From NCBI GenBank assembly GCA_046566485.1, contig JBKHWO010000045.1, positions 3,664-67,663 of the forward strand: a DNA stretch of 64,000 nucleotides, in the 5' to 3' direction. Of the stretch, positions 28,178-38,260 are shown piece by piece (position 1 is the first letter of the stretch; each line of letters begins with the position of its first letter). This DNA comes from Alphaproteobacteria bacterium (GTDB lineage: Bacteria; Pseudomonadota; Alphaproteobacteria; Sphingomonadales; Sphingomonadaceae). The position numbers and the translations under genes were made by a program. Under the pieces are notes generated by a model that ran no database searches, was not told where the DNA came from, and saw nothing but the letters and a program-made list of their open reading frames with translations.

Positions 28178-29761
28178 ATGACCAAGCCCCGCGTACTCAT
28201 TTCCGACAAGATGGACCCCAACGCCGCCCGCATTTTTGAAGAACGCGGCTGCGATGTGGATGTCATCACCGGCGAAACCCCCGAACAATTGATCGCCCGC
28301 ATCGGCGACTATGATGGCCTGGCCATCCGTTCCTCGACCAAGGTGACCAAGGAAGTGCTCGCCGCCGCCACCAACCTCAAGGTTGTTGGCCGCGCCGGGA
28401 TCGGGGTCGACAACGTCGATATTCCGGCTGCCTCGGCCCAGGGCGTGGTGGTGATGAACACCCCGTTCGGCAACTCGATCACCACGGCGGAACACGCCAT
28501 CGCCCTGATGTTCGCTCTGGCCCGCCAGATTCCGGAAGCCAATGCCCAGACCCAGGCCGGCAAGTGGCCCAAGAACGACTTCATGGGCGTTGAAGTGACC
28601 GGCAAGACCCTGGGCCTGATCGGCGCGGGCAACATCGGCTCGATCGTCGCCAGCCGCGCGCTGGGCCTGAAGATGAAGGTCGTGGCGTTCGACCCGTTCC
28701 TGACCCCGGAACGCGCGGTGGAAATGGGCGTCGAAAAGGCCGATCTCGACACGCTGCTGGCCAAGGCGGATTTCATCACGCTGCACACCCCGCTGACCGA
28801 CCAGACCCGCAACATCCTGTCGAAGGAAAACCTGGCCAAGACCAAGAAGGGCGTGCGGATCATCAACTGCGCCCGCGGCGGCCTGATCGACGAAGCGGCG
28901 CTGAAGGAAGCGATGGATTCCGGCCATGTCGCCGGGGCCGCGCTCGACGTGTTCCAGACCGAACCGGCCAAGGAATCGCCGCTGTTCGGCACGCCCAACT
29001 TCATCTGTACCCCGCACCTGGGCGCTTCGACCAACGAAGCCCAGGTCAACGTGGCGCTGCAGGTGGCCGAGCAGATGGCCGACTATCTGGTCAACGGCGG
29101 CGTCACCAATGCGCTCAACGTGCCCAGCCTCTCGGCTGAAGAAGCCCCGAAGCTCAAGCCCTACATGGCGCTTGCCGAACAGCTTGGTTCGATGGTCGGC
29201 CAGCTGACCACCGGCGCGATCCCGCGCATCTCGATCCATGCCGAAGGCGCAGCGGCCGAACTCAACATCAAGCCGATCGTCGCTGCCGTTCTGGCCGGGT
29301 TCCTGCGCGTCCAGTCGGACACGGTGAACATGGTCAACGCGCCGTTCCTGGCTAAGGAACGCGGCATGGAAGTGCGCGAGGTCAAGACCGAGAAGGCCGG
29401 TGACTACCACACCCTGATCCGCGTTTCGGTGAAGACCGATGCGGGTGAGCGGTCGGTCGCCGGAACCCTGTTCTCGAACAGCGAACCGCGCCTGGTCGAA
29501 CTGTTCGGCATCAAGGTCGAAGCCGAACTCGCCGGCCACATGATGTACATCGTGAACGAAGACGCACCGGGCTTCATCGGCCGCGTCGGCACCCTGCTGG
29601 GCGAAAATTCGATCAACATCGGCACTTTCAACCTGGGCCGCCGCGAGGCGGGCGGGGAAGCCGTGCTGCTGCTGAGCGTCGACAGCCCGGTCAATGCCGG
29701 CCTGATCGAACAGGTCCGCAAGCTGCCGGGCGTCAAGCGCGCGATGGCTCTGGCGTTCTGA
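28178..29761 (+). CDS. serA: D-3-phosphoglycerate dehydrogenase
   Basis: GRAGIGVDN, NTPFGN, GAGNIG, CARGG, PHLGAST, C-terminal ACT domain. Confidence 0.97.
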   Translation: MTKPRVLISDKMDPNAARIFEERGCDVDVITGETPEQLIARIGDYDGLAIRSSTKVTKEVLAAATNLKVVGRAGIGVDNVDIPAASAQGVVVMNTPFGNSITTAEHAIALMFALARQIPEANAQTQAGKWPKNDFMGVEVTGKTLGLIGAGNIGSIVASRALGLKMKVVAFDPFLTPERAVEMGVEKADLDTLLAKADFITLHTPLTDQTRNILSKENLAKTKKGVRIINCARGGLIDEAALKEAMDSGHVAGAALDVFQTEPAKESPLFGTPNFICTPHLGASTNEAQVNVALQVAEQMADYLVNGGVTNALNVPSLSAEEAPKLKPYMALAEQLGSMVGQLTTGAIPRISIHAEGAAAELNIKPIVAAVLAGFLRVQSDTVNMVNAPFLAKERGMEVREVKTEKAGDYHTLIRVSVKTDAGERSVAGTLFSNSEPRLVELFGIKVEAELAGHMMYIVNEDAPGFIGRVGTLLGENSINIGTFNLGRREAGGEAVLLLSVDSPVNAGLIEQVRKLPGVKRAMALAF

Positions 29762-29766
29762 TTTGG

Positions 29767-29850
29767 CGTCGTCCCGGGCTTGACCCGGGACCGCTTGCCG
29801 CTAGGCACGAAGCCCGACGGCCAGCGATCCCGGCTTTCGCCGGGATGACG
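29767..29850 (-). repeat. 84-bp CGTC REP doublet
   Basis: Reverse complement reads CGTCATCCCGGCGAAAGCCGGGATC...GGTCCCGGGTCAAGCCCGGGACGACG. Confidence 0.85.
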
Positions 29851-29869
29851 GCTGATTGATAGGCAGACG

Positions 29870-30988
29870 ATGCAAGACAACGACCGCGACCTGTTGCCCG
29901 AAGGCCTGCAAGACCGGCTGCCCGCTGCGGCGGCCGCCGCGGCGCGGGTCACCCGCGCCGTGATCGACGTGCTCGACTCTCACGGCTATGACCGGGTCCA
30001 GCCGCCCAGCATCGAGTTTGAAAAGTCGATGGCCAGCCGCATGGCCGGGGTGCAGCCGCGGCGCATGTTCCGCTTTGTCGACCCGGCTTCGCTGCGCACG
30101 CTCGCGCTGCGCAGCGACATCACCGTGCAGGTCGGCCGGATTGCCGCGACAGCGCTGGCCGATCAGGCGCGGCCGCTGCGGCTGTGCTATGCCGGGCAAG
30201 TAGTGACCATCAAGGGCGACGGGCTTGATCCGACCCGCGAACGGCTCCAGCTTGGTGCCGAACTGATCGGCAGCGACAGCGTCGCCGCTGCGGGCGAAAT
30301 CGTCGCCGCCGCGATCGAAGCGCTGACCGCTGCAGGGGCTACTGGCCTGTCGGTGGATTTCACCCTGCCCGATCTGGTCGACACGCTGGCGGCGAAGGCC
30401 TTGCCGCTGGATGCGGACAAGATCGAAGCGGTCCGGCGCGAGCTGGATGCGAAGGACGCGGGCGGTCTGGTCGATGCCGGGGGCGAAGCCTATCTGCCGC
30501 TGCTGACGGCGATTGGTCCGTTCGACACCGCGATCGAGCGACTGGCAGCGATTGACGCGGGCGGCGCGCTGGCTTCGCGCATTGCCGCGCTGCGCGAACT
30601 CGCCGCGCGGCTTGCGGGCAAGGCCCGGCTGACGCTTGATCCCAGCGAGCGGCATGGCTTTGAATACCAGTCGTGGTTCGGCTTCACGATCTATGCCGAA
30701 GGGGTTTCGGGGGCCTTGGGCCGGGGCGGTTCCTATCGCATCCTTGGCCTGGACGAGCCGGCCATCGGCTTTTCGCTCTATCCCGATGGCCTGATCGATG
30801 TCCTCGCGGCGCGCGAAGCAAAGCGCGACACCCTGTTCCTGCCGCTGGGGCATGACGCCATGCATGCAGAGCGCCTGCGCGCCATTGGCTGGCGCACCGT
30901 CGCCGCGCTGGGCGAAGCCTGCGAACCGGGCGCGCTGTGCTGCACGCACCGGTTGCAAGATGGCGAGGCCGTCCGCATCGCGGACTAG
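29870..30988 (+). CDS. hisZ: ATP phosphoribosyltransferase regulatory subunit
   Basis: LPEGLQD, LRSDITVQVGRIA, RLCYAG, QLGAEL, GRGGSY; near purA. Confidence 0.9.
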   Translation: MQDNDRDLLPEGLQDRLPAAAAAAARVTRAVIDVLDSHGYDRVQPPSIEFEKSMASRMAGVQPRRMFRFVDPASLRTLALRSDITVQVGRIAATALADQARPLRLCYAGQVVTIKGDGLDPTRERLQLGAELIGSDSVAAAGEIVAAAIEALTAAGATGLSVDFTLPDLVDTLAAKALPLDADKIEAVRRELDAKDAGGLVDAGGEAYLPLLTAIGPFDTAIERLAAIDAGGALASRIAALRELAARLAGKARLTLDPSERHGFEYQSWFGFTIYAEGVSGALGRGGSYRILGLDEPAIGFSLYPDGLIDVLAAREAKRDTLFLPLGHDAMHAERLRAIGWRTVAALGEACEPGALCCTHRLQDGEAVRIAD

Positions 30989-30997
30989 ACCCGCCGC

Positions 30998-31456
30998 TTA
31001 CTGGTCGAACGTGCTGTCCCCGATCCGGGCCAGCTGGTCGGCCAGCTGCTCGCCCTGGCGGATTTCGGTCATCGCCCGCTGGATCACCGCCCGGGTCTGC
31101 GAATCCAGATCAGTTTCCTCCAGCGCGGTTTCGAACTTTTCTGCCAGATAGTTCTCCCCTTCCTGGACGCGCTCGATCGCCGCGCGGTCGCCGGACTGGA
31201 ACAGTTCGGTCACTTTCAGCCAGACCTGGTGCAGGCTGCCGGCCATGGTGCCCTTGGTCATCAGTTCGCCGCCCTGGCGGACCAGTTCCTGATTGAGCAT
31301 GTCGAGCGTCGAGCGGCGCCGCTCCATCTGGTTGGCAAAAGCGGATTTGACCGCCTGCGATGTCGCCGCGTCGCTGGCGTTCTTGTAGCCGTCGAGCGAA
31401 TCGTAAACCGTGTCGATCAGGGTTTCGAGAACCGTGCGGCTGGTCGTTTCGGACAT
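30998..31456 (-). CDS. PA2169 family four-helix-bundle (ferritin-like, DUF2383) protein
   Basis: LETLIDTVYDSLDGY, GSLHQVW, EGENYL..KF; RBS GGAG. Confidence 0.82.
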   Translation of the reverse strand: MSETTSRTVLETLIDTVYDSLDGYKNASDAATSQAVKSAFANQMERRRSTLDMLNQELVRQGGELMTKGTMAGSLHQVWLKVTELFQSGDRAAIERVQEGENYLAEKFETALEETDLDSQTRAVIQRAMTEIRQGEQLADQLARIGDSTFDQ

Positions 31457-31506
31457 GGGGAAATCTCCTGGAGGGCGGGGCAGGGGCGCCGCTTCAACTC
31501 CAAGGA

Positions 31507-31532
31507 AACTGCCGGTCGGCACTGCCGGTTCC
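31507..31532 (-). promoter_or_regulatory. candidate sigma-EcfG promoter
   Basis: Minus strand GGAAC-N17-AGTT upstream of the PA2169-family gene. Confidence 0.5.
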
Positions 31533-31762
31533 GCCATGGTCGACGCAGTTGATCGCGCCGCCGGGCCGCTTTGCCCGGCGCAGCGCATCCGCTGTGTACA
31601 GTTCGTCGCACATTCTCCGCCGCGCGCCTTGACTCGGCCCGCCCGTCCGCACTAGGGGCCGCTCCGCACAGCGGGCCCCTGTCGGCCCAATAGTCCATCC
31701 CCTGCGCCGAGTCCTGTCGAAGGGCGCTTGCGGATAACCCGGCAGGGGTAGGACTGTATCCA

Positions 31763-33055
31763 ATGGCCAACGTTACCGTGATCGGCGCCCAGTGGGGCGA
31801 TGAAGGCAAGGGCAAGATCGTCGACTGGCTGGCCAGTCGCGCCGACGCCGTGGTCCGGTTTCAGGGCGGCCACAATGCCGGTCATACGCTGGTCGTGGGC
31901 GATCAGGTCTACAAGCTGTCGCTGCTTCCTTCGGGGATCGTCACCGGCACCTTGTCGGTGATCGGCAACGGGGTGGTGCTTGATCCGTGGCACTTCCGCG
32001 ATGAAGTGGCCAAGCTCAAGGGGCAGGAGGTCGATGTGAACCCGCAGAACCTGCAGGTGGCAGAGAATGCCCCGCTGATCCTGCCGTTCCACCGCGATCT
32101 CGACGCGCTGCGCGAAGATGCCAGCGGCGCGGGCAAGATCGGCACGACCCGCCGCGGGATCGGCCCGGCCTATGAGGACAAGGTCGGCCGCCGCTCGATC
32201 CGGGTCTGCGATCTGGCGCACCTCGCTGACCTTGGCCCGCAGCTTGACCGGATCTGCGCGCATCACGATGCGCTGCGGGTCGGGTTTGGCCAGCCGCCGA
32301 TCGACCGGGATCGCCTGTTGGGGGACCTGTCCGAGATCGCATCCTTCATCCTGCCCTATGCCAAGCCGGTCTGGCGGACGCTCAACGAAGCGAAGAAGGC
32401 GGGCAAGCGCATCCTGTTTGAAGGCGCGCAGGGCGTGCTGCTCGACGTCGACCACGGCACCTATCCCTTCGTGACCAGCTCCAACACGGTCAGCGGCACC
32501 GCAGCCAGCGGTTCCGGCCTGGGCCCCAGCGCCGCCGGGTTCGTGCTGGGCATCGTCAAGGCCTATACCACCCGCGTCGGATCGGGTCCGTTCCCGACCG
32601 AGCTGGAGGATGAAACCGGCCAGCGCCTAGGCGAGCGTGGCCACGAATTCGGCACGGTGACCGGACGCAAGCGCCGCTGCGGCTGGTTCGACGCGGTGCT
32701 GACCCGGCAAAGCTGCGCGATCAGCGGCGTCACCGGAATTGCCCTGACCAAGCTTGACGTGCTCGATGACTTTGAAACAGTGAAGATCTGTGTCGGCTAC
32801 AAGCTGCGCGGCACGGACATGGACTATTTCCCTGCCCATGCCGCTGATCAGGCTGCGGTGGAGCCGGTCTACGAAGAAATGAAAGGCTGGAAGGGGCAGA
32901 CCACGGCAGGCGCGCGCAGCTGGGCCGATTTGCCTGCCCAGGCGATCAAGTACATCCAGCGTGTCCAGGAACTGATCGAAACGCCCGTGGCCTTGGTCAG
33001 CACCTCGCCCGAACGCGAGGATACCATCCTGGTCCGCGATCCCTTTGCCGATTGA
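31763..33055 (+). CDS. purA: adenylosuccinate synthase
   Basis: [42 protein letters not shown]. Confidence 0.98.
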   Translation: MANVTVIGAQWGDEGKGKIVDWLASRADAVVRFQGGHNAGHTLVVGDQVYKLSLLPSGIVTGTLSVIGNGVVLDPWHFRDEVAKLKGQEVDVNPQNLQVAENAPLILPFHRDLDALREDASGAGKIGTTRRGIGPAYEDKVGRRSIRVCDLAHLADLGPQLDRICAHHDALRVGFGQPPIDRDRLLGDLSEIASFILPYAKPVWRTLNEAKKAGKRILFEGAQGVLLDVDHGTYPFVTSSNTVSGTAASGSGLGPSAAGFVLGIVKAYTTRVGSGPFPTELEDETGQRLGERGHEFGTVTGRKRRCGWFDAVLTRQSCAISGVTGIALTKLDVLDDFETVKICVGYKLRGTDMDYFPAHAADQAAVEPVYEEMKGWKGQTTAGARSWADLPAQAIKYIQRVQELIETPVALVSTSPEREDTILVRDPFAD

Positions 33056-33173
33056 TCCGCACGGCGGCGCATCGACAAACAAGCGCGCAGCTGAACTTGG
33101 ATTAAATATCTAAATTTATTGACTTAATCTTCACATTTTCTACCTCTGTTCTTGGGTGAGCAGGAGGTGCAAC

Positions 33174-34166
33174 ATGGCTACAGACAATCTGTTCTACGGA
33201 TCGCCAGAGGATTCGGAGGGACGATTGGCTGTGGTTTCGATCTTCGCCGACCGTCCGCACGTCCGTGCCGTGATGCGTGATGATGCGGAAGCCCTCGGTT
33301 TCCAGGTCAGCCGGGTGGAGAGCCTGGAGCGCCTGCGCCACGATCGCGAGCTATCGCTGGGACAGATCGTGCTGTGCGATTGTTCGGAAAATGATCCGGC
33401 GCAGCTCGCCAGCCTAGCGGAGCTCGACATGACCGCGGCGCGTCAGGCGTGCCAGCTGATTGTTTCGACCTCGGTGGTTGCGCTCGACGCGGTGTTCGCT
33501 TGTCTTGACCAGTCGGAAGTCCAGATTCTGGTTGACCCGAGTCCGGCCGAGCGCAGCTTGGCGCTAGGCCGAACCATGCTCCGTCATCCGCAGCTGCGGG
33601 TCCGGGAACTGAGCGAAGAAAACCGCCTCTTGCTGCTCCGCCTGTCCGAGCAGGTCAACCAGATGGCGGCGCGGATCGACAAGCTGCTCCCGCCGCTCAC
33701 GGACGACGGGGAGCATGAGCATGATAGTCCGTTCTGGTTGGAAAGTCCGCGCCGGCCTTATTCCGGTCCACCCGAGGTGGATGGCAACAGACGATTGCAG
33801 CGCAGCGCGCGTCCGCCAGCGCCCGACCCCCGCTTGGTGCGCCGGGTTATCCGCCAGCGCCAGCTGCGTGGCAAATTCTTTGATCCGCAGCTTTTTGCCG
33901 ATCCGGCCTGGGACATCCTGCTGGATCTGACCGCGGCCCGTGCGGAGCATCTCCGAGTCTCGGTGACCAGCCTGTGCATTGCCTCGGGCGTGCCCCCAAC
34001 CACGGCGCTGCGCTGGATCGGGCAATTGACCGAAGCGGGTCTGCTTGTCCGGGTCGAGGACGAATCCGACCGCCGCCGTGCCTTCATTGCGCTGACGGAC
34101 AAGGCGGCGGACGACATGGCCCGGTTCTTTGCCGAGTTGGGCCGAGAGGCCGGGCGGCAGGTCTAG
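33174..34166 (+). CDS. winged-HTH (MarR-like) regulator with degenerate N-terminal receiver-like domain
   Basis: C-terminal FADPAWDILLDL...SLCIASGVPPTTALRWI...DRRR; RBS GGAGG. Confidence 0.8.
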   Translation: MATDNLFYGSPEDSEGRLAVVSIFADRPHVRAVMRDDAEALGFQVSRVESLERLRHDRELSLGQIVLCDCSENDPAQLASLAELDMTAARQACQLIVSTSVVALDAVFACLDQSEVQILVDPSPAERSLALGRTMLRHPQLRVRELSEENRLLLLRLSEQVNQMAARIDKLLPPLTDDGEHEHDSPFWLESPRRPYSGPPEVDGNRRLQRSARPPAPDPRLVRRVIRQRQLRGKFFDPQLFADPAWDILLDLTAARAEHLRVSVTSLCIASGVPPTTALRWIGQLTEAGLLVRVEDESDRRRAFIALTDKAADDMARFFAELGREAGRQV

Positions 34167-34711
34167 GCTGTTTTCTGGTCTCGGGCAAAACACCAGGAGG
34201 AAACGAACCAGAGCACCGCAAAGAAGGTTAGTATGCCCCATTCGACTGCATGGCCCGGCATCAGGAAAAGTGCGGCAATGCCCGTGCCGTATTGCCCGAT
34301 ACCCAGTGCTGTCGTCAGCCATTTCATCATGCCAGGCCGGAACCGGGCGAACCCGCCGATGACCATCGCGGCGATTATCATGATCACGAAGAAACTGTTG
34401 ACGAAGTCGTCGTCGCCGATGATCCCGACTGCGGCGTTTGACCAGAGGGTTAGAAACGTCGTCATGCCTGCCACGACATAACCGATCCTTTGGCCGCCTG
34501 GGCGGGCGAGACGCACCGCTAGTTCGACCACCGTTCCAAGGAACCCAAGGAGCATAGCTGCAAACACAAAGTCGCTGGCGGTCCAGTTGACCTCGGCGGT
34601 GAACTTCATCGCGAATGCTGGAAGCAAGAGAATTGCCAGAAGGCTGCCCCAGCCAGCAATACGCCAGCCATTCAGGAATGAGGGCCGGGTTGAAGAAGCG
34701 TCGGTGTTCAT
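34163..34711 (-). CDS. small multi-pass membrane protein
   Basis: VNWTASDFVFAA and LWSNAAVGIIG motifs; about 6 TM segments. Confidence 0.7.
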   Translation of the reverse strand: MNTDASSTRPSFLNGWRIAGWGSLLAILLLPAFAMKFTAEVNWTASDFVFAAMLLGFLGTVVELAVRLARPGGQRIGYVVAGMTTFLTLWSNAAVGIIGDDDFVNSFFVIMIIAAMVIGGFARFRPGMMKWLTTALGIGQYGTGIAALFLMPGHAVEWGILTFFAVLWFVSSWCFARDQKTA

Positions 34712-34850
34712 TTGACAGGACTCCAGAGCAGGATTTGCGTCCGTGAAAGTGACCGGATCGCCGCTCAAAGGCATGAGCAATTCATGAGGAATGCCTGAAA
34801 AACGGTTCATGGCTTGCCCGATGAACCGGAGAGACGCAAAACGGGTGGCA

Positions 34851-35864
34851 ATGGGCACCAGTACTTCCATCCTACGGTTCGACTCCTTCGAACTCGACCC
34901 GGCAAACCGGCAACTCCTGCGCCATGGCGTTCCGGTCGAGCTTGGCAGCCGCTATTTCGACGCGCTCATGCTGCTGGCCGAGCGGCAGGGGGAGCTGGTA
35001 ACGAAAGACGAGTTCATGGGGGCGGTCTGGCAAGGTATTCCGGTGACAGACGAAGCACTGACGCAATGTATCCGGACATTGCGCCGGACCCTGGACGATG
35101 ACGCGAGCAATCCGCGCTTCATCCAGACTGTTCCGAAGCATGGCTATCGCTTCATCGGTTCGACCAGCGCGACAGAGCACGCGATGATTTCCCGCCGAAA
35201 TGCGCGGGTGGCTGGCCTTTGCACAATTGCCGGATTGCTTTCGGGCATGGTTGCCGGCCTGTTCTATGGGATCATTGCCGGCACTGGCGGCGCGGGCCAG
35301 GTGCTGATTCTGGCAGCGATGACGGGAATGCTGGGCTTGCTTGCAGGTGCCGGCCTCGGCACAAGTATGGCCGCGGCCATGCATTGGCGTGGCCGGGTGG
35401 ACTACTGGACAGTGATCGGCGCGATGATCGGCGGCTTCGCTGTTGGGTCGATTGGCAATCTTTTAAGCCGCGAAGGGGTGGGTCTGCTTTCAGGGGTTTC
35501 GGTTCTGGGGGTAACCGGGCCGTTCGAAGGCTTGGTTCTGGGGTGCGCCGTCGGTTTTGCCGGCCGGGCCGCGTTCACAGCCTGGCATCGGCGTACGAGC
35601 GTTGCCGCGGCTCTAACTGTGGCCGTCGTTGCGGGCGGCCTTATCCATGTTTCAAACGGGACATTGCTGGCCGGTTCGTTGTGGGCCCTGCAGCAAGCCC
35701 TTCCGGGGACCCAACTGGCCATCGAGCAGTTCGGAGGTCTGATCGGAGAGCCCGGGTTCACCTCAACCACCAAGCTCATCAGCGCGATTGTCGAAGCGGT
35801 GATTTTCGTTCTCGCAATGACGACAGCTTTGCTGATTTGCGCAAGTGATAGCGAAAAGGGCTGA
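34851..35864 (+). CDS. CadC/ToxR-like wHTH regulator fused to a multi-TM domain
   Basis: [47 protein letters not shown], then about 6 TM helices. Confidence 0.82.
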   Translation: MGTSTSILRFDSFELDPANRQLLRHGVPVELGSRYFDALMLLAERQGELVTKDEFMGAVWQGIPVTDEALTQCIRTLRRTLDDDASNPRFIQTVPKHGYRFIGSTSATEHAMISRRNARVAGLCTIAGLLSGMVAGLFYGIIAGTGGAGQVLILAAMTGMLGLLAGAGLGTSMAAAMHWRGRVDYWTVIGAMIGGFAVGSIGNLLSREGVGLLSGVSVLGVTGPFEGLVLGCAVGFAGRAAFTAWHRRTSVAAALTVAVVAGGLIHVSNGTLLAGSLWALQQALPGTQLAIEQFGGLIGEPGFTSTTKLISAIVEAVIFVLAMTTALLICASDSEKG

Positions 35865-35960
35865 AACAGTATCGTCCGCCGCCCGTGGAGCCAATCGAGC
35901 GATCAAACTTCCCGTTGACGTGTCTCCAAAAGCGGCATAATCGCGCCATTCCCTGGTCAG

Positions 35961-36036
35961 GGGCGCTTAGCTCAGTTGGTAGAGCATCTCGTTTACACCG
36001 AGAGGGTCAGCGGTTCGAGCCCGTTAGCGCCCACCA
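35961..36036 (+). tRNA. tRNA-Val (anticodon TAC)
   Basis: Acceptor GGGCGCT/AGCGCCC, D-loop AGTTGGTA, anticodon arm TCTCG-TTTACAC-CGAGA, GTTCGA T-loop, encoded CCA; 76 nt. Confidence 0.97.
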
Positions 36037-36612
36037 TTACCTGGCTTCGGCAATCAGCCTCATCGTCTCGGCATCGCCCCATTCCTTGGGTCCGGCCACG
36101 CGCCAGACCTCGCGGCCAGCGGAATCGTACATGACCGTGACCGGCAAGGTTTCGGCGCCGAACTGGAACGCCAGGTCGTTCTTGGGGTCGAGCCACGGTT
36201 CCAGCCGCGACACGCCGCGCTGCCTCAGGAATTCACCGGCTTTTTCCGGCTGTCCCGAATCCTGGTTAACCGCCAGGACCTTGACCTTGCCGTCCAGCGT
36301 GGCGGCCAGTTTGTCGAGCGCGGGCAGTTCGGCGACGCAGGGAGCGCACCAGGTGGCCCACAGGTTGACCAGCACCGGCTTGCCATTCAGGCTTTGCAGG
36401 TCAAGCTTCTTTCCAGCCGGGTCGGCCAGGACGAAGTCGGGCAGCTCGCTGCCCTTGCGCGAACGGTCGACCACGCCGCTTGCCGCAGCGGCAGGCGTGG
36501 CAGCAGAAGTTGCTGCTTGCGGTTGCGCCTCCTGCCCGCTTTGCCTATCGCACCCGGCAAGCACCAGGGCAGATCCAAGGATAGCGGCGTTGAGCAAGCG
36601 GGAAGACAGCAC
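36037..36612 (-). CDS. TlpA-family thioredoxin-like lipoprotein
   Basis: LAGC lipobox, [18 protein letters not shown]; GTG start at 36612. Confidence 0.88.
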   Translation of the reverse strand: MLSSRLLNAAILGSALVLAGCDRQSGQEAQPQAATSAATPAAAASGVVDRSRKGSELPDFVLADPAGKKLDLQSLNGKPVLVNLWATWCAPCVAELPALDKLAATLDGKVKVLAVNQDSGQPEKAGEFLRQRGVSRLEPWLDPKNDLAFQFGAETLPVTVMYDSAGREVWRVAGPKEWGDAETMRLIAEAR

Positions 36613-36628
36613 GGGCGGCTCCAATTCG

Positions 36629-38002
36629 ATGTGGGGCGGACGGTTTGCCGAAGGGCCCGCCGCGATCATGCGCGAGATAAATGCCTCGATCCCCTTCGAC
36701 AAGGCACTGTGGCGGCAGGACATCGCCGCGTCAAAGGCCCATGTGGACATGTTGGCAGCCCAGGGAATCGTTACGGCGGAGGATGCCGCGCTGATCGCGG
36801 GCGGGCTCGACCAGGTCGCCGCCGAGTACGAAGCGAACGGGGTTCCGGAGAACTGGGACCTGGAAGACATCCACATGACCACGGAAAGCCGCCTGGCCGA
36901 ACTGATCGGTCCGGCGGCCGGACGCCTGCACACCGCGCGCAGCCGGAACGACCAGGTGGCGACCGATTTCCGCCTGTGGGTGCGCGATGCGATGGACGCC
37001 GCCGATGCGGGGCTCAAGGCGCTGCAGGTCGCGCTGGTATCGCGCGCAGGCGAGCATGCCGGCTCAATCATGCCCGGCTTCACCCATTTGCAGACCGCGC
37101 AGCCGGTGACACTGGGCCATCACCTGATGGCCTATTATGAAATGGCCGCGCGCGATCGTTCGCGCTTTGCCGATGCGCGGGCGCGGCTTAACCAGTCGCC
37201 GCTGGGCGCGGCGGCGCTGGCTGGCACCGGCTTTCCGATCGACCGCCACCGCACGGCGCAAGCGCTCGGGTTTGCCGAGCCGACTCGCAACAGCCTGGAT
37301 TCGGTGTCCGACCGCGACTTTGCGCTCGATTACCTGATGGCGGCGGCGCAGACCGCGCTGCACCTGTCGCGCCTGGCCGAAGAGTTCATCATCTGGGCCA
37401 GCCAGCCGTTCGGCTTTGTCGTCCTGCCCGACAGCCTGTCGACCGGCAGCTCGATCATGCCGCAGAAGAAGAATCCTGATGCGGCCGAACTGGTGCGCGG
37501 CCATTCGGGCCGGATCGTCGGCTGCCTGACCAGCCTGATGATCACGATGAAGGGCCTGCCGCTGGCCTATTCCAAGGACATGCAGGACGATAAGCCGCCG
37601 GTGTTCGAAGCGGCCAGCCTGCTGACCCTGTGCCTCGCCGCGATGACCGGCATGGTCGAAGGCGCAAAGTTCCGGACCGAGCGGATGCGCGCGGCCGCTG
37701 AACTGGGCTATGCCACGGCGACGGACCTGGCCGACTGGCTGGTCCGTCAGGCCAACATCCCGTTCCGCGAGGCGCACCACATCACCGGGGCCGCGGTCAA
37801 GCTGGCCGAAAGCAAGGGGCTCGCGCTGGACCAGCTGAGCCTGGACGATCTCCAGGCGATCGACGCGCGGATCGATGCGCGGGTCTATGACGCGCTTTCG
37901 GTCGAAGCTTCGGTTGCGGCACGGGCCAGCTATGGCGGAACCGCGCCGGATCAGGTAAAGGCGCGGGTGGCCGAAGCGCGCGTGGCGCTGGGTCTGGAGT
38001 AA
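36629..38002 (+). CDS. argH: argininosuccinate lyase
   Basis: [42 protein letters not shown]. Confidence 0.97.
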   Translation: MWGGRFAEGPAAIMREINASIPFDKALWRQDIAASKAHVDMLAAQGIVTAEDAALIAGGLDQVAAEYEANGVPENWDLEDIHMTTESRLAELIGPAAGRLHTARSRNDQVATDFRLWVRDAMDAADAGLKALQVALVSRAGEHAGSIMPGFTHLQTAQPVTLGHHLMAYYEMAARDRSRFADARARLNQSPLGAAALAGTGFPIDRHRTAQALGFAEPTRNSLDSVSDRDFALDYLMAAAQTALHLSRLAEEFIIWASQPFGFVVLPDSLSTGSSIMPQKKNPDAAELVRGHSGRIVGCLTSLMITMKGLPLAYSKDMQDDKPPVFEAASLLTLCLAAMTGMVEGAKFRTERMRAAAELGYATATDLADWLVRQANIPFREAHHITGAAVKLAESKGLALDQLSLDDLQAIDARIDARVYDALSVEASVAARASYGGTAPDQVKARVAEARVALGLE

Positions 38003-38008
38003 CGAACG

Positions 38009-38254
38009 ATGCGCCGCCTTGCCGCGACAGCCCTGATCCTGGTGCTCGCCGGTTGCGGTGCTTCGGCGCCGCTCAAGCCGGCGGCGGGCAAGCAGCTGCC
38101 GGTTGCGCCCTATGGGCGCGAAGGCCGGCAAAGCGCCGAAACCCTGTTGAAACCGACGGCCCAGGCCGCGCCGGAGCGCAGCGTCGAACTGCGAAAACGT
38201 TCCGAGAAACGTTTGCAAGACCCGTTCGACCTGCCCCCTTCCGACGAAGAGTAA
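38009..38254 (+). CDS. small lipoprotein
   Basis: LAGC lipobox; the argH-lipoprotein-lysA arrangement is common in alphaproteobacteria. Confidence 0.75.
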   Translation: MRRLAATALILVLAGCGASAPLKPAAGKQLPVAPYGREGRQSAETLLKPTAQAAPERSVELRKRSEKRLQDPFDLPPSDEE

Positions 38255-38260
38255 ATCTCC

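Noticed and set aside
34163-36036. tRNA-anchored genomic island
   Set aside because: The atypical genes lie 5' of the tRNA, and I found no integrase or duplicated tRNA 3' end.
35885-36628. Long N-terminal extension of argH in the ORF track
   Set aside because: It runs through tRNA-Val and antisense to the TlpA gene; the real start is MWGGRF at 36629.
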